A stretch of 62,707 nucleotides of DNA, the filler included, from Pseudomonadota bacterium (GTDB lineage Bacteria > Bdellovibrionota_F > JAHFAK01 > JBDREC01), in assembly GCA_043820105.1 (NCBI GenBank). It is 4 parts of 4 records of this genome, joined end to end, with 100 filler letters (N's around TTAATTAATTAA, not from the genome) between each part and the next. Parts side by side here need not be neighbours in the genome. Positions count along the whole stretch, not along the records: positions 6,527 to 36,822 come from JBDREC010000080.1; 3 more parts are not named here. One strand, written 5' to 3'. Of this stretch, positions 9,459 through 19,251 are shown in pieces; positions within the stretch are counted from its first letter, which is position 1, and every line of letters starts with the position of its first letter. The position numbers were made by a program, and so were the translations under genes. Under the pieces are notes generated by a model that did not search any database, was not told the DNA's origin, and saw only the letters and a program-made list of their open reading frames with translations.

Positions 9459-9491
9459 GATGAAGAAATTTGAATAACAGTGGAGGATAAA

Positions 9492-10448
9492 ATGACTACA
9501 GCAGTTTATATTGAGTTAGAAGATAATAAGATTAAGAAAGCTAATTTAGGGAGTCTCACTGCAGCTAATTCTGCAGGTGGAGATATTGTGGCCATAGTTT
9601 TTGCTGAAAATGTTGATTCATTTATGGAAGAATTAAAAAAATACTCAGTTAATAAGATAATAAAAGTATGGTCAGATGATGTTAAAACATATCAGCCCGA
9701 TGTTTATGCAGAACTTTTATCAAAAGTTATTACAGATAATAGGATTAATGATCTTTTGGGGCTTGCAACAGCACAAGGCAAAGATTTATTGCCGCGAGTT
9801 GCCGCTAAATTAAATGCTTCAGTTGTTATTGATTGTTTAGATATTGATTTTAAAAACGCTACAGTTACAAAACCAATGTTTGCATCAAAGGTTTTATCAA
9901 AGATAAAATTAAATAATCAGAAAAAGGTTTATGCTTTAAGACCTAATGTAGTAAATCCAGTTGAAAAAGAAGGGGCAGATTTACCTGAAGTTGTGGATTT
10001 TTATGCTGGGTCTGTTTCAATACTTGCTCAAGTTAAGGAAGTAATAAAAGCAGCATCTGAAAAGATTGATTTAACAGAAGCTGAAATAATCATATCTGGC
10101 GGAAGAGGCATGGGAAGTGCTGAGAATTTCAAGTTATTAGACGATACAGCGAAAATTTTAAATGCAGCTGTTGGCGCAAGCCGCGCAGCAGTTGATGCTG
10201 ATTACGCCACCATGGATATGCAAGTTGGCCAAACAGGAAAAGTTGTTAATCCTGTTCTTTATATAGCATGTGGAATTTCTGGAGCAATCCAACATTTAGC
10301 AGGCATGAAAACATCAAAGGTCATAGTTGCCATTAATAATGATGCAGAAGCTCCAATTTTTAAAGTTGCTGACTATGGAATAGTTGGCGATTTATTTGAT
10401 GTAGTTCCAGTTTTAGCAGAGGAGCTAAAAAAGGTTGTTTCTAATTAA
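9492..10448 (+). CDS. etfA: Electron transfer flavoprotein alpha subunit
   Basis: [31 protein letters not shown] at 9492 after GGAGG. Confidence 0.96.
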   Translation: MTTAVYIELEDNKIKKANLGSLTAANSAGGDIVAIVFAENVDSFMEELKKYSVNKIIKVWSDDVKTYQPDVYAELLSKVITDNRINDLLGLATAQGKDLLPRVAAKLNASVVIDCLDIDFKNATVTKPMFASKVLSKIKLNNQKKVYALRPNVVNPVEKEGADLPEVVDFYAGSVSILAQVKEVIKAASEKIDLTEAEIIISGGRGMGSAENFKLLDDTAKILNAAVGASRAAVDADYATMDMQVGQTGKVVNPVLYIACGISGAIQHLAGMKTSKVIVAINNDAEAPIFKVADYGIVGDLFDVVPVLAEELKKVVSN

Positions 10449-10519
10449 GTGGTAAGTGGTAAGTGGTAAGTGGTAAGTAAAATATTGATTTCTTACAGCT
10501 TACAGCTTACAGCTTACAC
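10449..10519. repeat. Heptamer hairpin (GTGGTAA)4 ... (CTTACAG)3
   Basis: Directly visible; arms partly complementary. Confidence 0.9.
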
Positions 10520-10538
10520 CTAGATCCATGAGGTACTC

Positions 10539-12467
10539 ATGACCCCAGACCATTTTAATCTATCCTATTTTATTTATATTGGAATTCTAATATTATCATT
10601 ACTGTTTTTTGCTTATTCAGTTGTGTCACGTATTAAAATCATGATGAGAACAAGCAGTATAAAGCGTTTTGATAAACCACTTGAAAGATTCATTGTTGTT
10701 TTGAAATATATGTTTGCGCAAACCAAACTTTTTTATGATCCAATTCCTGGGCTGGCTCATGCTTTAATTTTCTGGGGTTTTTGTGTTATTGCAATTGAAT
10801 CAATAAATTTCTTTTTATCAGCACTTGTTGTTGACCTTAGAATACCTTTTACCAGTGGTTACTATTTCATCTTTTTGGAAGCATTTACGGTTTTGGTTAT
10901 TTTAGCTGTGGCTTATTGCTATTTTCGTAGATTGTTTATTAAACCAGATAGATTAGAGCTCACTAAAGAAGCTCATGTGATTTTAGGATTAATCCTTGTT
11001 TTAATGCTTACTTATTTTACAATGACTATGGCTGAGGGCACTATTATTGGAAAAATGCACAGATTAAAATATGCAAGCCTTGCTCTTTATCCTATGTTTT
11101 CAGGCTTTTCATACGAATTTAATGTGCTGATTTATGGCATTTCCTGGTGGATTCATTTATTATCATTCCTCTTTTTTTTAAACTTATTGCCATACTCAAA
11201 ACACATGCATGTTTTAACTGTTTTATTTAATGTCTTTTTTAGTGATCTTGATAAAAAAGGTAAGATGAAAAAGCTTGATCTTGAAAACAGTGAAAGCTTT
11301 GGAATATCAAATCTAGCTGAACTTACTTGGAAAGATGTCCTTGATGGTTTTACTTGCACAGAGTGCGGAAGGTGCACAGAACTTTGTCCAGCTAATAAAA
11401 CAGAAAAAAGCCTTAATCCCAAAGAGATTATATTAAAAATTAGAGATTATGTTTATGCAAACTATAAAATAAAAGAAGATGAAAAGCTTGGTAATATTTT
11501 AGAAGAATTTATTCTAAAAAAAGACATTTGGTCTTGTACCACTTGCCATGCTTGTGTTACAGCATGCCCAGTTTTAAATGAACATTTACCAAAGATTTTT
11601 GGTTTAAGACAAAATCAAGTTTTAATGGAAGGCGATTTTCCAGAAGAAGCACAACTTGTTTGTAAAAACATAGAAAATAATTCCAATCCCTGGGGTATTG
11701 GAAGCTCAGAAAGAGATAAGGTTTTATTAGATTTGGATGTTCCTAGAATAAGTGAAAAACCAGATGCTGAATATTTACTTTATTTAGGCTGCGCAGCAAG
11801 TTTTGATGAAAGAAATAAAAAAGTCGCCAAGTCTTTAATCAAAATATTGAAAAAAGCTGGAGTTTCATTTGCTGTCCTTGGTAATGAAGAAAAATGTTGT
11901 GGTGAAACTGTTAGAAGAATAGGCAATGAATATTTATTTCAGATGATAGCAGAAGAAAATAAGGCGATTTTTGAAAACTATAAAATAAAAAAAGTAATTA
12001 CAAGTTGTCCACACTGTTTCAATACTTTCAAAAATGAATATCCTTGCTTTGGACTTGATTTAGAAGTTGTTCACCACACTCAGTTTATTGATATGTTAAT
12101 TAAAGAAGGAAAACTTGATATTTCAAGCAAGACAGAAGCAAAGATTACTTACCATGATTCATGTTACTTGGGTCGATACAATGATATTTACAATGAACCA
12201 AGAAGCATTCTTCAAAAAATATGTTCAAATGTTTTTGAAATGCCAAATTCTAAACGAAAAAGCTTTTGTTGTGGTGCAGGTGGCGGTAGAATGTGGATGG
12301 AAGAAACAGAAGGAAAAAGAATCAATATTGAACGAGCAAAACAAGCCCTTGCTACAGATGCTGACAAAATTGTAGTTTCTTGTCCTTATTGTTTAACAAT
12401 GTTTGAAGATGCAATGAAGGATTTGGGTGAAAATAAAGAAATTCTGGATATTTCAGAGATTGTTTGA
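10539..12467 (+). CDS. Membrane Fe-S oxidoreductase (FadF/HdrD-like; probable ETF:quinone oxidoreductase)
   Basis: NarI-like TM domain with His residues, two CxxCxxCxxxCP motifs, two CCG domains; follows etfBA. Confidence 0.9.
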   Translation: MTPDHFNLSYFIYIGILILSLLFFAYSVVSRIKIMMRTSSIKRFDKPLERFIVVLKYMFAQTKLFYDPIPGLAHALIFWGFCVIAIESINFFLSALVVDLRIPFTSGYYFIFLEAFTVLVILAVAYCYFRRLFIKPDRLELTKEAHVILGLILVLMLTYFTMTMAEGTIIGKMHRLKYASLALYPMFSGFSYEFNVLIYGISWWIHLLSFLFFLNLLPYSKHMHVLTVLFNVFFSDLDKKGKMKKLDLENSESFGISNLAELTWKDVLDGFTCTECGRCTELCPANKTEKSLNPKEIILKIRDYVYANYKIKEDEKLGNILEEFILKKDIWSCTTCHACVTACPVLNEHLPKIFGLRQNQVLMEGDFPEEAQLVCKNIENNSNPWGIGSSERDKVLLDLDVPRISEKPDAEYLLYLGCAASFDERNKKVAKSLIKILKKAGVSFAVLGNEEKCCGETVRRIGNEYLFQMIAEENKAIFENYKIKKVITSCPHCFNTFKNEYPCFGLDLEVVHHTQFIDMLIKEGKLDISSKTEAKITYHDSCYLGRYNDIYNEPRSILQKICSNVFEMPNSKRKSFCCGAGGGRMWMEETEGKRINIERAKQALATDADKIVVSCPYCLTMFEDAMKDLGENKEILDISEIV

Positions 12468-12483
12468 TTTTAATCCCTTCAAT

Positions 12484-12510
12484 AAGAAAATAAAGGCTCG
12501 TCTTGTTGTT
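12484..12510 (+). repeat. ~26-bp dispersed repeat (AAGGCTCGTCTTGTTGTT core)
   Basis: Also at 14737-14762 and 25855-25879. Confidence 0.75.
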
Positions 12511-12611
12511 GTAATTAAAATCATTTAAGTCAATTTGCCTCCTTTTAATATATAGTTTTTGTTTGATGATATAAGCTCTTGAAAGAATGAAACAAATAGT
12601 GCCCGCCGCTT

Positions 12612-12627
12612 TGGCATTAAACCTGCA
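12612..12627 (+). promoter_or_regulatory. Sigma-54 promoter
   Basis: TGGCAT-TAAAC-CTGCA; IHF-like TAAGCTCTTGAAA about 30 bp upstream. Confidence 0.65.
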
Positions 12628-12679
12628 ATAAAAATATCTATAAAGAAATAATTGTCAAAAATAATGGAGGATAGGAAAA

Positions 12680-14737
12680 ATGAAAAATTTAATTACAATT
12701 TTGATTATTTTAATTTCATTAGTTTTATTTGCATGTTCATCAGGTGATGAAGCTGATAGTTCTGACCAAGAAGTTATTGATTCAACAGAAAGTGGAGATG
12801 GTGTTGCAGTTGAAGATATAGATGGTGACGTTGATAGCGATGGTGATGGTGATGGTGACGGAGATGGAGATGGTGCCGGCGATGGCGATGGCGATGGTGA
12901 CGGCGATGGCGACGGCGATGGTGATGATGATACCCAAGATCAAGATGAAGATTCAGATGGCTATAAAGCAAGTGAAGATTGTGATGATAATGATGCATCT
13001 GTTAATCCTGGAGCCTCTGAAATCTGTGATGATATAGATAATGACTGTGATGGGTTAGTTGATGATGAAGATGACAGTGTTGAAGCCAATAAATACTTTT
13101 TAGATGAAGATGAAGATGATTATGGCACTTTAGATATAATTGTAAGACAATGTGACCAGCCAAGTGATGCAAAGTATGTGACAATTGCAGGAGATTGTGA
13201 TGATACAGATAATACTGTTTATCCAACGGTTTTTGTAGATCAAGTAGATACATCAGGCGAATCAAATATTTACTCAACAATCCAAGAAGCCATTGATAAT
13301 GCCTCTGCTAATGTTTGCATAATGGTTTCACCAGGAACTTATAATGAAAATATTGTTGTTACATCTAAACCTTTAATGCTTTATAGTTCTAATGGCCAAG
13401 AAGACACTTTAATTGTTGGTGATGGATCTGATTCTGTTATTAAGCATGATTATTCTGCTTATTCATCACTTATTTCACTAAATGGCATAATTGGTTTTAA
13501 AATTATGTCAGGAACTGCTAACAATGGTGGTGGGCTTTATATAAAGGGATCTTCTAAACCCATAAAAATTTGCCATAATAATATTACTGAAAATGAAGCT
13601 AGTAGTGGTGGAGGTATATATATTGTAAATGGAACTAATAGCACACTAAAATCAAATATTATAACTGAAAATACTACCTATAGTTCAGGAGCAGCTATAC
13701 TTTTGCTTAATAGTGAAGGTGTTGTAGTTGAAGATAATGTAATTAAATCTAATCATGATTCTGGTGCTTTGAGTTTAAGCAATTCAAGTTTTGTATCTAT
13801 AAAAAATAATAATATTTCTGGAAATGAATCGAGTGGGATAGCAGGTGGCATAAAAATTAGTTCTAGTAATAATGTTAAAATAATAAGTAATGAAATAATT
13901 GAAAATAGTGCACAATCATCTGGAGGTGCTATATATTCAAGCTCAAGCGAAAACATAGAAATTAGAAATAATACCTTTACAGCTAACCTTGCAAGTTCTT
14001 TGGGCGGTGCTTTATATTTTTATTCCTCTCCTTCCATGTTGATTAGAAATAATGTCTTTAATTTAAATAATTCTAGTTATGGTGCTGTTGCTTATTTTAG
14101 AGAAAGTGAAGGTTTAAATTTTGAAAACAATTTAGTATATGCAAATGGACAAGATACTTCATTTACAAATGTTAATAATATTTATCTAGGTTCAACTTCT
14201 AGTAGCAGTGAAAATACCTTCTTATTAAATAACACTTTTTTAAATAATATTAACTCTTCTGGAGTTATTTCAAGAGCTGGTGATTTTTATACTAACCTTT
14301 ATATTAGAAATAATATCTTTGGTCATAACTCTTGTGGAGTAAGTCTTGGAAGTTCTAGCACATATACAATAAATTTTGATTATAATATCACCTATGAAAA
14401 TGGAGATGATTTCTTTTGCGGATCAACAGAATATTCTGATTCAGATAATATCTTTGATGCTAGCCCTGAACTCCTAATTTTTGATGAAGATTTTAATGAA
14501 GATGGATTCAGTGATTATGAAACTGATGAAAATTCAAATGGTATTTATGATGTATTAGAAAATGATTTAGCAATTACATATTTTGACCTTAACGATAGTT
14601 CACCTGCTATAAATAGTGGAACTGAAGATTTCGATGCTGATGGGAGTTCAGATTTTGAAGATTTTGATACAAGCGAAGATAATCTAACTGATATGGGTGC
14701 CTTTGGGGGAAGATATGGAGAGCTCTTATACTGGTAA
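12680..14737 (+). CDS. Surface lipoprotein with (DG)n linker, MopE-like Cys/Asp metal-binding repeats and parallel beta-helix
   Basis: Lipobox LFAC; DCDDNDASVNPGASEICDDIDNDCDG; TIQEAID...VSPGTYNE and repeated N-I-x-x-N...GGAI. Confidence 0.85.
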   Translation: MKNLITILIILISLVLFACSSGDEADSSDQEVIDSTESGDGVAVEDIDGDVDSDGDGDGDGDGDGAGDGDGDGDGDGDGDGDDDTQDQDEDSDGYKASEDCDDNDASVNPGASEICDDIDNDCDGLVDDEDDSVEANKYFLDEDEDDYGTLDIIVRQCDQPSDAKYVTIAGDCDDTDNTVYPTVFVDQVDTSGESNIYSTIQEAIDNASANVCIMVSPGTYNENIVVTSKPLMLYSSNGQEDTLIVGDGSDSVIKHDYSAYSSLISLNGIIGFKIMSGTANNGGGLYIKGSSKPIKICHNNITENEASSGGGIYIVNGTNSTLKSNIITENTTYSSGAAILLLNSEGVVVEDNVIKSNHDSGALSLSNSSFVSIKNNNISGNESSGIAGGIKISSSNNVKIISNEIIENSAQSSGGAIYSSSSENIEIRNNTFTANLASSLGGALYFYSSPSMLIRNNVFNLNNSSYGAVAYFRESEGLNFENNLVYANGQDTSFTNVNNIYLGSTSSSSENTFLLNNTFLNNINSSGVISRAGDFYTNLYIRNNIFGHNSCGVSLGSSSTYTINFDYNITYENGDDFFCGSTEYSDSDNIFDASPELLIFDEDFNEDGFSDYETDENSNGIYDVLENDLAITYFDLNDSSPAINSGTEDFDADGSSDFEDFDTSEDNLTDMGAFGGRYGELLYW

Positions 14738-14783
14738 AGAAAACAAGGTTCGTCTTGTTGTTATTTTCTGGGTAGGCACTTTT

Positions 14784-17357
14784 CTATATCAATAATTCCT
14801 CAGCCGGCTTTCTCTGATTATAATTAGAACTCATCGAATATCCATAAGCTCCAGTATTTGCTATCAATAAAACATCATCTTCACATGTTTCTGGTAAACA
14901 CCTGTCAAAACCAAGTGTATCGCCTGATTCGCAAATAGGTCCGACAATATTAGCTAGCATCTTTAATGGCTTATCAAGTTTTGATAAGTTGACAATTTCA
15001 TGCCAGGAACCATAGAGCATTGGTCTAATAAAAGAATTCATACCTGCTGAGGTTCCAATGTATGTGATATCTCCTTTGGTTTTGATTTGGTTTACTTTGG
15101 ATATTAGGACGCCAGCTTCAGCCACCAAAAAGCGACCAGGTTCCATCCATATTTCAATGTCAGGATTATCTTTTTTGAAATCATTTAAAAGTTTATCAAG
15201 TTTTTTTAAATTAAGGTTTTCTTGATCAGGTCTTTCAGGGACTCCAAGACCTCCACCAACATTAATGATTTTAACATGGTCAAAGGATTTGGAGATTTCA
15301 TATAAAAATTCAAGCATATCTAACCAATGAGAGCTATCAAAAATGCCACTTCCTGCATGAGCGTGAAGTCCAATGATTTTACAATTAAGATTTTTGCATA
15401 GCTCGAGCACCTGGGGTAGCTCATTTGGACTTATTCCAAATTTTGACTCAAGACCAGCTGTTTTGACAAAGCTGTGATGGCCTTTGCCAAGGCCGGGATC
15501 TATTCTTAAAAAGATATCTTTGTTTTTAAAAATATTAGACCAGGATTTTAAAGGGTAGGTGCTATCTAAATTTATTAAAACATTTTCTTTTAAGGCATTT
15601 TCAAATTCATATTTTGATGCAAAATTTGGTGTAAATAAAATTCTTTTATTTTCAATTCCACTAAACAGATTTTTTATAAGCTTTACTTCATTTAAAGATA
15701 CACATTCAAAACCAAGACCAAGGCTTTCAAGTATTTTAAGGATTTCAGGATTACTATTTGCCTTTATTGAATAAAAGGTTTTTGAAATTGAAGTTAAAGA
15801 TTTAAGTTGAGTTGCTCTTTTTTCAATAAGCTCTTTATTATAAACATAGGCACAGGGAATTTCCTGTGCGACCTTTAGCAAGTCATCTTTTCTTTTTTGC
15901 CACCATTTAAAAGGCTTTTGATCTAAGGTAATTTCACTATCTGCAAAAAGCTCAGTCCAGGTTGGACCAAGTGAAAGCCTGGTTTTAGCGTGTTTAAATA
16001 AGAGCTCATGAAGACCAACAACAAGCTTATCTGCCTTTTCATCATCAAGCACAAAGGTTATATTAAGATCAGAAGCTGCCTGAGAAACAAGATAAATTTT
16101 TTGTTCTTCAAATACTTTAAGGGCAGATGATATCTTATGCAGAATTGATCTAATATTTCTGCCTACAAGACTTATAGCACTACAACTTGATATTATTTTT
16201 GTAGAGCAAATATTTGAAAGTCTTAAAATGAGCTCTTCAAGAATTTCAGGATTAATTGCATTTGCTGTGTGATCAAGTGAAACTGTTAAATTAGCCTCAG
16301 AAGTTGAAACAAGATCAATTGATAAATCAAGGTCTTTGAATATGGAAAAAATATTAGCCAAAAATCCAACTTGATGCCACATCCCTATTGTGTCCATTGA
16401 AACAAGGGTGATTCCTCTTTTTAGGGAAATAGATTTAACACTTGCTCCTTGATCAAGGGTATTTGAAGAAATTAAAGTGCCTTTAAAGTCAGGTCTATCA
16501 GTCCAACAGATTTGCAGGGGAATATCATTTTTCATAACAGGATAAAGGCATTTTGGGTGCAAAACTTTAGCTCCAGTTGAAGCAATTTCTTGAGCTTCCT
16601 TATATTCAAGGGACATTAAAAGACGAGCCTCTGGAACTGCATGAGGATTAGCTGTGAAAAGACCTGGAACATCAGTCCAGATCTCACATTTTTCGGCGTT
16701 TATCTTGGATGCAATAATGGTAGCGGAAGTATCTGATCCACCGCGACCTAATAAGACAGTGTTGCAATTTTCATCAGAGGCAATAAATCCTTGGGTGATT
16801 AAAATCTCAGCACTGATTGAAGAAAGGCTTTCTTTGAATTCCTTGTCATAACTAAAGTCAACTTCACAACTACAATATTTGCGCCATTGATTATCTGAAC
16901 TTGGCTTTGCTTTAAGATATTTTCTAATGTCCACAAAGCTTGCATTTAGTTTGTTTTGTTTTAGAAAGAGGCTTCCAAGTTGAGTAGACATTAATTCACC
17001 ACAGGCCATTACTTGGGCGCTTATTTTGGGACTTGCTTCACCAGTTAATTCAATTCCCTTTAAAAGGCGTTTTAAGATTTCGAATTCATTTGGCTTAAAA
17101 TCCTTGATTTCCATCTCTTTTGCTAAAGCAAGATGCCTTTTTATTATTGCTTCAATTTTATCATCAGAAATAGTATTAATATTTTTTAGCATGCCTTCTA
17201 GTTCATTTGAAATGCCTGATAAAGCAGAGCAAACTAAAATGACTTTATCATTTTCTTTTAATTTATTCTTAGCAATGTCTTTTATGTTTTGCCAATTTGT
17301 TCTAGTTGAAACTGATGTTCCACCAAATTTTAAAACAATCCATTTTTGATCGCTCAA
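14784..17357 (-). CDS. lysAC: Bifunctional aspartate kinase / diaminopimelate decarboxylase (LysC-LysA fusion)
   Basis: KFGGTS, LGRGGSD, ACT domains; then YSIKAN, HAHAGSG, EPGRF, GPICESGD, GAYG. Confidence 0.95.
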   Translation of the reverse strand: MSDQKWIVLKFGGTSVSTRTNWQNIKDIAKNKLKENDKVILVCSALSGISNELEGMLKNINTISDDKIEAIIKRHLALAKEMEIKDFKPNEFEILKRLLKGIELTGEASPKISAQVMACGELMSTQLGSLFLKQNKLNASFVDIRKYLKAKPSSDNQWRKYCSCEVDFSYDKEFKESLSSISAEILITQGFIASDENCNTVLLGRGGSDTSATIIASKINAEKCEIWTDVPGLFTANPHAVPEARLLMSLEYKEAQEIASTGAKVLHPKCLYPVMKNDIPLQICWTDRPDFKGTLISSNTLDQGASVKSISLKRGITLVSMDTIGMWHQVGFLANIFSIFKDLDLSIDLVSTSEANLTVSLDHTANAINPEILEELILRLSNICSTKIISSCSAISLVGRNIRSILHKISSALKVFEEQKIYLVSQAASDLNITFVLDDEKADKLVVGLHELLFKHAKTRLSLGPTWTELFADSEITLDQKPFKWWQKRKDDLLKVAQEIPCAYVYNKELIEKRATQLKSLTSISKTFYSIKANSNPEILKILESLGLGFECVSLNEVKLIKNLFSGIENKRILFTPNFASKYEFENALKENVLINLDSTYPLKSWSNIFKNKDIFLRIDPGLGKGHHSFVKTAGLESKFGISPNELPQVLELCKNLNCKIIGLHAHAGSGIFDSSHWLDMLEFLYEISKSFDHVKIINVGGGLGVPERPDQENLNLKKLDKLLNDFKKDNPDIEIWMEPGRFLVAEAGVLISKVNQIKTKGDITYIGTSAGMNSFIRPMLYGSWHEIVNLSKLDKPLKMLANIVGPICESGDTLGFDRCLPETCEDDVLLIANTGAYGYSMSSNYNQRKPAEELLI

Positions 17358-17520
17358 GTTAACTCCTGTTAATAAGTGGTAAGTGGTAAGCTGTAAGTGG
17401 TAAGTTAAGTGAAATTACAAAATAATCAATTATATTTTTCTACAGTTTCTAATATAACATATCATAAAAACATCTTGAGATATCGGCTTTTGTGCTTGCA
17501 TAAAGGTGCAAAGATTCTCC

Positions 17521-18096
17521 ATGAAAATAAAAAATAGAAGACGAACGTTCGATTGTAAAATTATTATTAAAGAAAGCAATATCTTTCATATTACGTGGCA
17601 GTTTCATAGCAAATAATTAAAGGCTTGTTTTTTAATAATTAATTAAATCCAAATTCATGAATATCTTAATCCAAAAAATTGGATTATTCATGATTTTGGA
17701 TATTTATTTCTAAAATAAAAATTAATCGAAATTCACTAATTGCTTGAATTTATAGAAAATCCCAAAAGGCCACTTAAAGGGCATGAAACTTGCAAATTGA
17801 GTTTTTGTTTGACTAAACGAGATCTTTTCGCTATATGTCAATTTCCCAAAACGGTTGGCGAGGCAGTTATGAAACGAATAAATTCTATTTTTTATCAAAA
17901 TTCCCACATATATAGTATATTTCCTTCAAATCTTAACGATCAAGAGTTGCAAAATGAAATTGGAAATTTGGAAGAATATACAAATAAAAAGTTAATGGAG
18001 ATTTCAGGTTATATTAAAGAAAATTGCTATAATAATGGAGTTTATTCAATGAATGAAGAAGTGGATATTGTTTTTGTGGAAAAGAAGTTGAGTTAA
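17521..18096 (+). pseudogene. Degraded reading frame with four in-frame TAA stops; 5' part resembles a Y1 (RAYT-like) transposase start
   Basis: MKIKNRRRTFDCKIIIKESNIFHITWQFHSK* is in frame with ORF 17740-18096; FHITWQ resembles the RAYT N-terminal H-x-T motif. Confidence 0.35.
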
Positions 18097-18187
18097 GTCT
18101 ATGTTGATTTAGAAAAAGTTTATATGAAAGTAGATGATGGAGACTATTAAGATATTTTATTCCAATTTGGGGAGGTGATTTAGAGCT

Positions 18188-19021
18188 GTGTTAAAAAAAG
18201 GAGAATTTAACTTGAATTCAAATGATTGGAAAGAAAAAATAAGTATTCTGATGGAAGGGAATCTAACTAATCTATTCCAAGATTATTCACAGGTTGATGG
18301 CTTCACTTTTGAATCAAACGAAAATTACGGGATACTAATTTCTCCTTATAACTCTTATTTGTTAAATACAGTTTTATATTTTAATATTGTTGATGAGAGC
18401 AAACTTGAATTTTATATTTCTAATATAATTAATACTTTTAGCGATAAGCATCTATCCTTTACATGGAGAATTGGTGGATTATCTCGAAATAAAGATGTTA
18501 TAAAATTATTATTAGAAAAGAATGGATTAAAGTATCTGGAAGATCAACCTTTAATGTGGTTAGATTTTTTGGACTATTTTAAATCCATGAGTTTAAGTAA
18601 TCCAAGTAAATTAAATATTAAACAGATCGTAGATGGTGAGGATTATTGTGATTATTTAGAAGTGTTATCCAATGGTTTTCAACTTGATCCTATTATAACT
18701 TCTTTTTTTATGAAATTTCAAAACTTTTTCGGCTTTAAGAAAAGCAGTAAAATTAGAAACTTCGTAGGATATTATTACGATAAACCAGTTTGTTGTTCTT
18801 CTATATATACAGATAATAAAAGTTGCTCAATTTGTAATGTTACTACAAAAAAAGAATATAGAAAAAGAGGATTTGGCAGGGAAATAACTTTACATAGTAT
18901 TCGGGAAGTTCACGAATTAGGTTTTCCTGGTGTAGGTTTATTTTCATCATTTGATGGATATGAGTTGTATAGAAAACTGGGATTTTTAAAAATCTCAAGT
19001 AACATAATTTATAGGATGTAA
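18188..19021 (+). CDS. GNAT-family acetyltransferase
   Basis: VTTKKEYRKRGFG acetyl-CoA motif A and LYRKLGF. Confidence 0.88.
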   Translation: MLKKGEFNLNSNDWKEKISILMEGNLTNLFQDYSQVDGFTFESNENYGILISPYNSYLLNTVLYFNIVDESKLEFYISNIINTFSDKHLSFTWRIGGLSRNKDVIKLLLEKNGLKYLEDQPLMWLDFLDYFKSMSLSNPSKLNIKQIVDGEDYCDYLEVLSNGFQLDPIITSFFMKFQNFFGFKKSSKIRNFVGYYYDKPVCCSSIYTDNKSCSICNVTTKKEYRKRGFGREITLHSIREVHELGFPGVGLFSSFDGYELYRKLGFLKISSNIIYRM

Positions 19022-19057
19022 TAAAATATAATAAACTAGTTCTAAAGGAGTTTTGTT

Positions 19058-19168
19058 ATGAGTAGGAAAATAAATAAACGAAAAACACAAAAGAATTCTA
19101 ATTCTGTGATTAAATTTAATTTAATTGCTACAAGTAAAATGATTGGTTGCGCGAATAAAATAAGTTAA
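19058..19168 (+). CDS. Putative RiPP precursor peptide, 36 aa: MSRKINKRKTQKNSNSVIKFNLIATSKMIGCANKIS
   Basis: SD AAGGAG 7 nt before ATG; directly upstream of the ThiF gene; below the ORF-track cutoff. Confidence 0.75.
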   Translation: MSRKINKRKTQKNSNSVIKFNLIATSKMIGCANKIS

Positions 19169-19251
19169 AATATATTTATTAAAATTGATATTATATATTA
19201 ATTATTAGGGTTTTCTTAATAATAATTATATTTAACTATTTCAAGATTGAT

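Noticed and set aside
12774-12998. His-rich ORF on the minus strand
   Set aside because: Shadow of the (GATGGY)n Asp-Gly repeat in the lipoprotein gene.
17484-17500. Sigma-54 promoter for the signalling island
   Set aside because: GG-to-GC spacing is 11, not the required 10.
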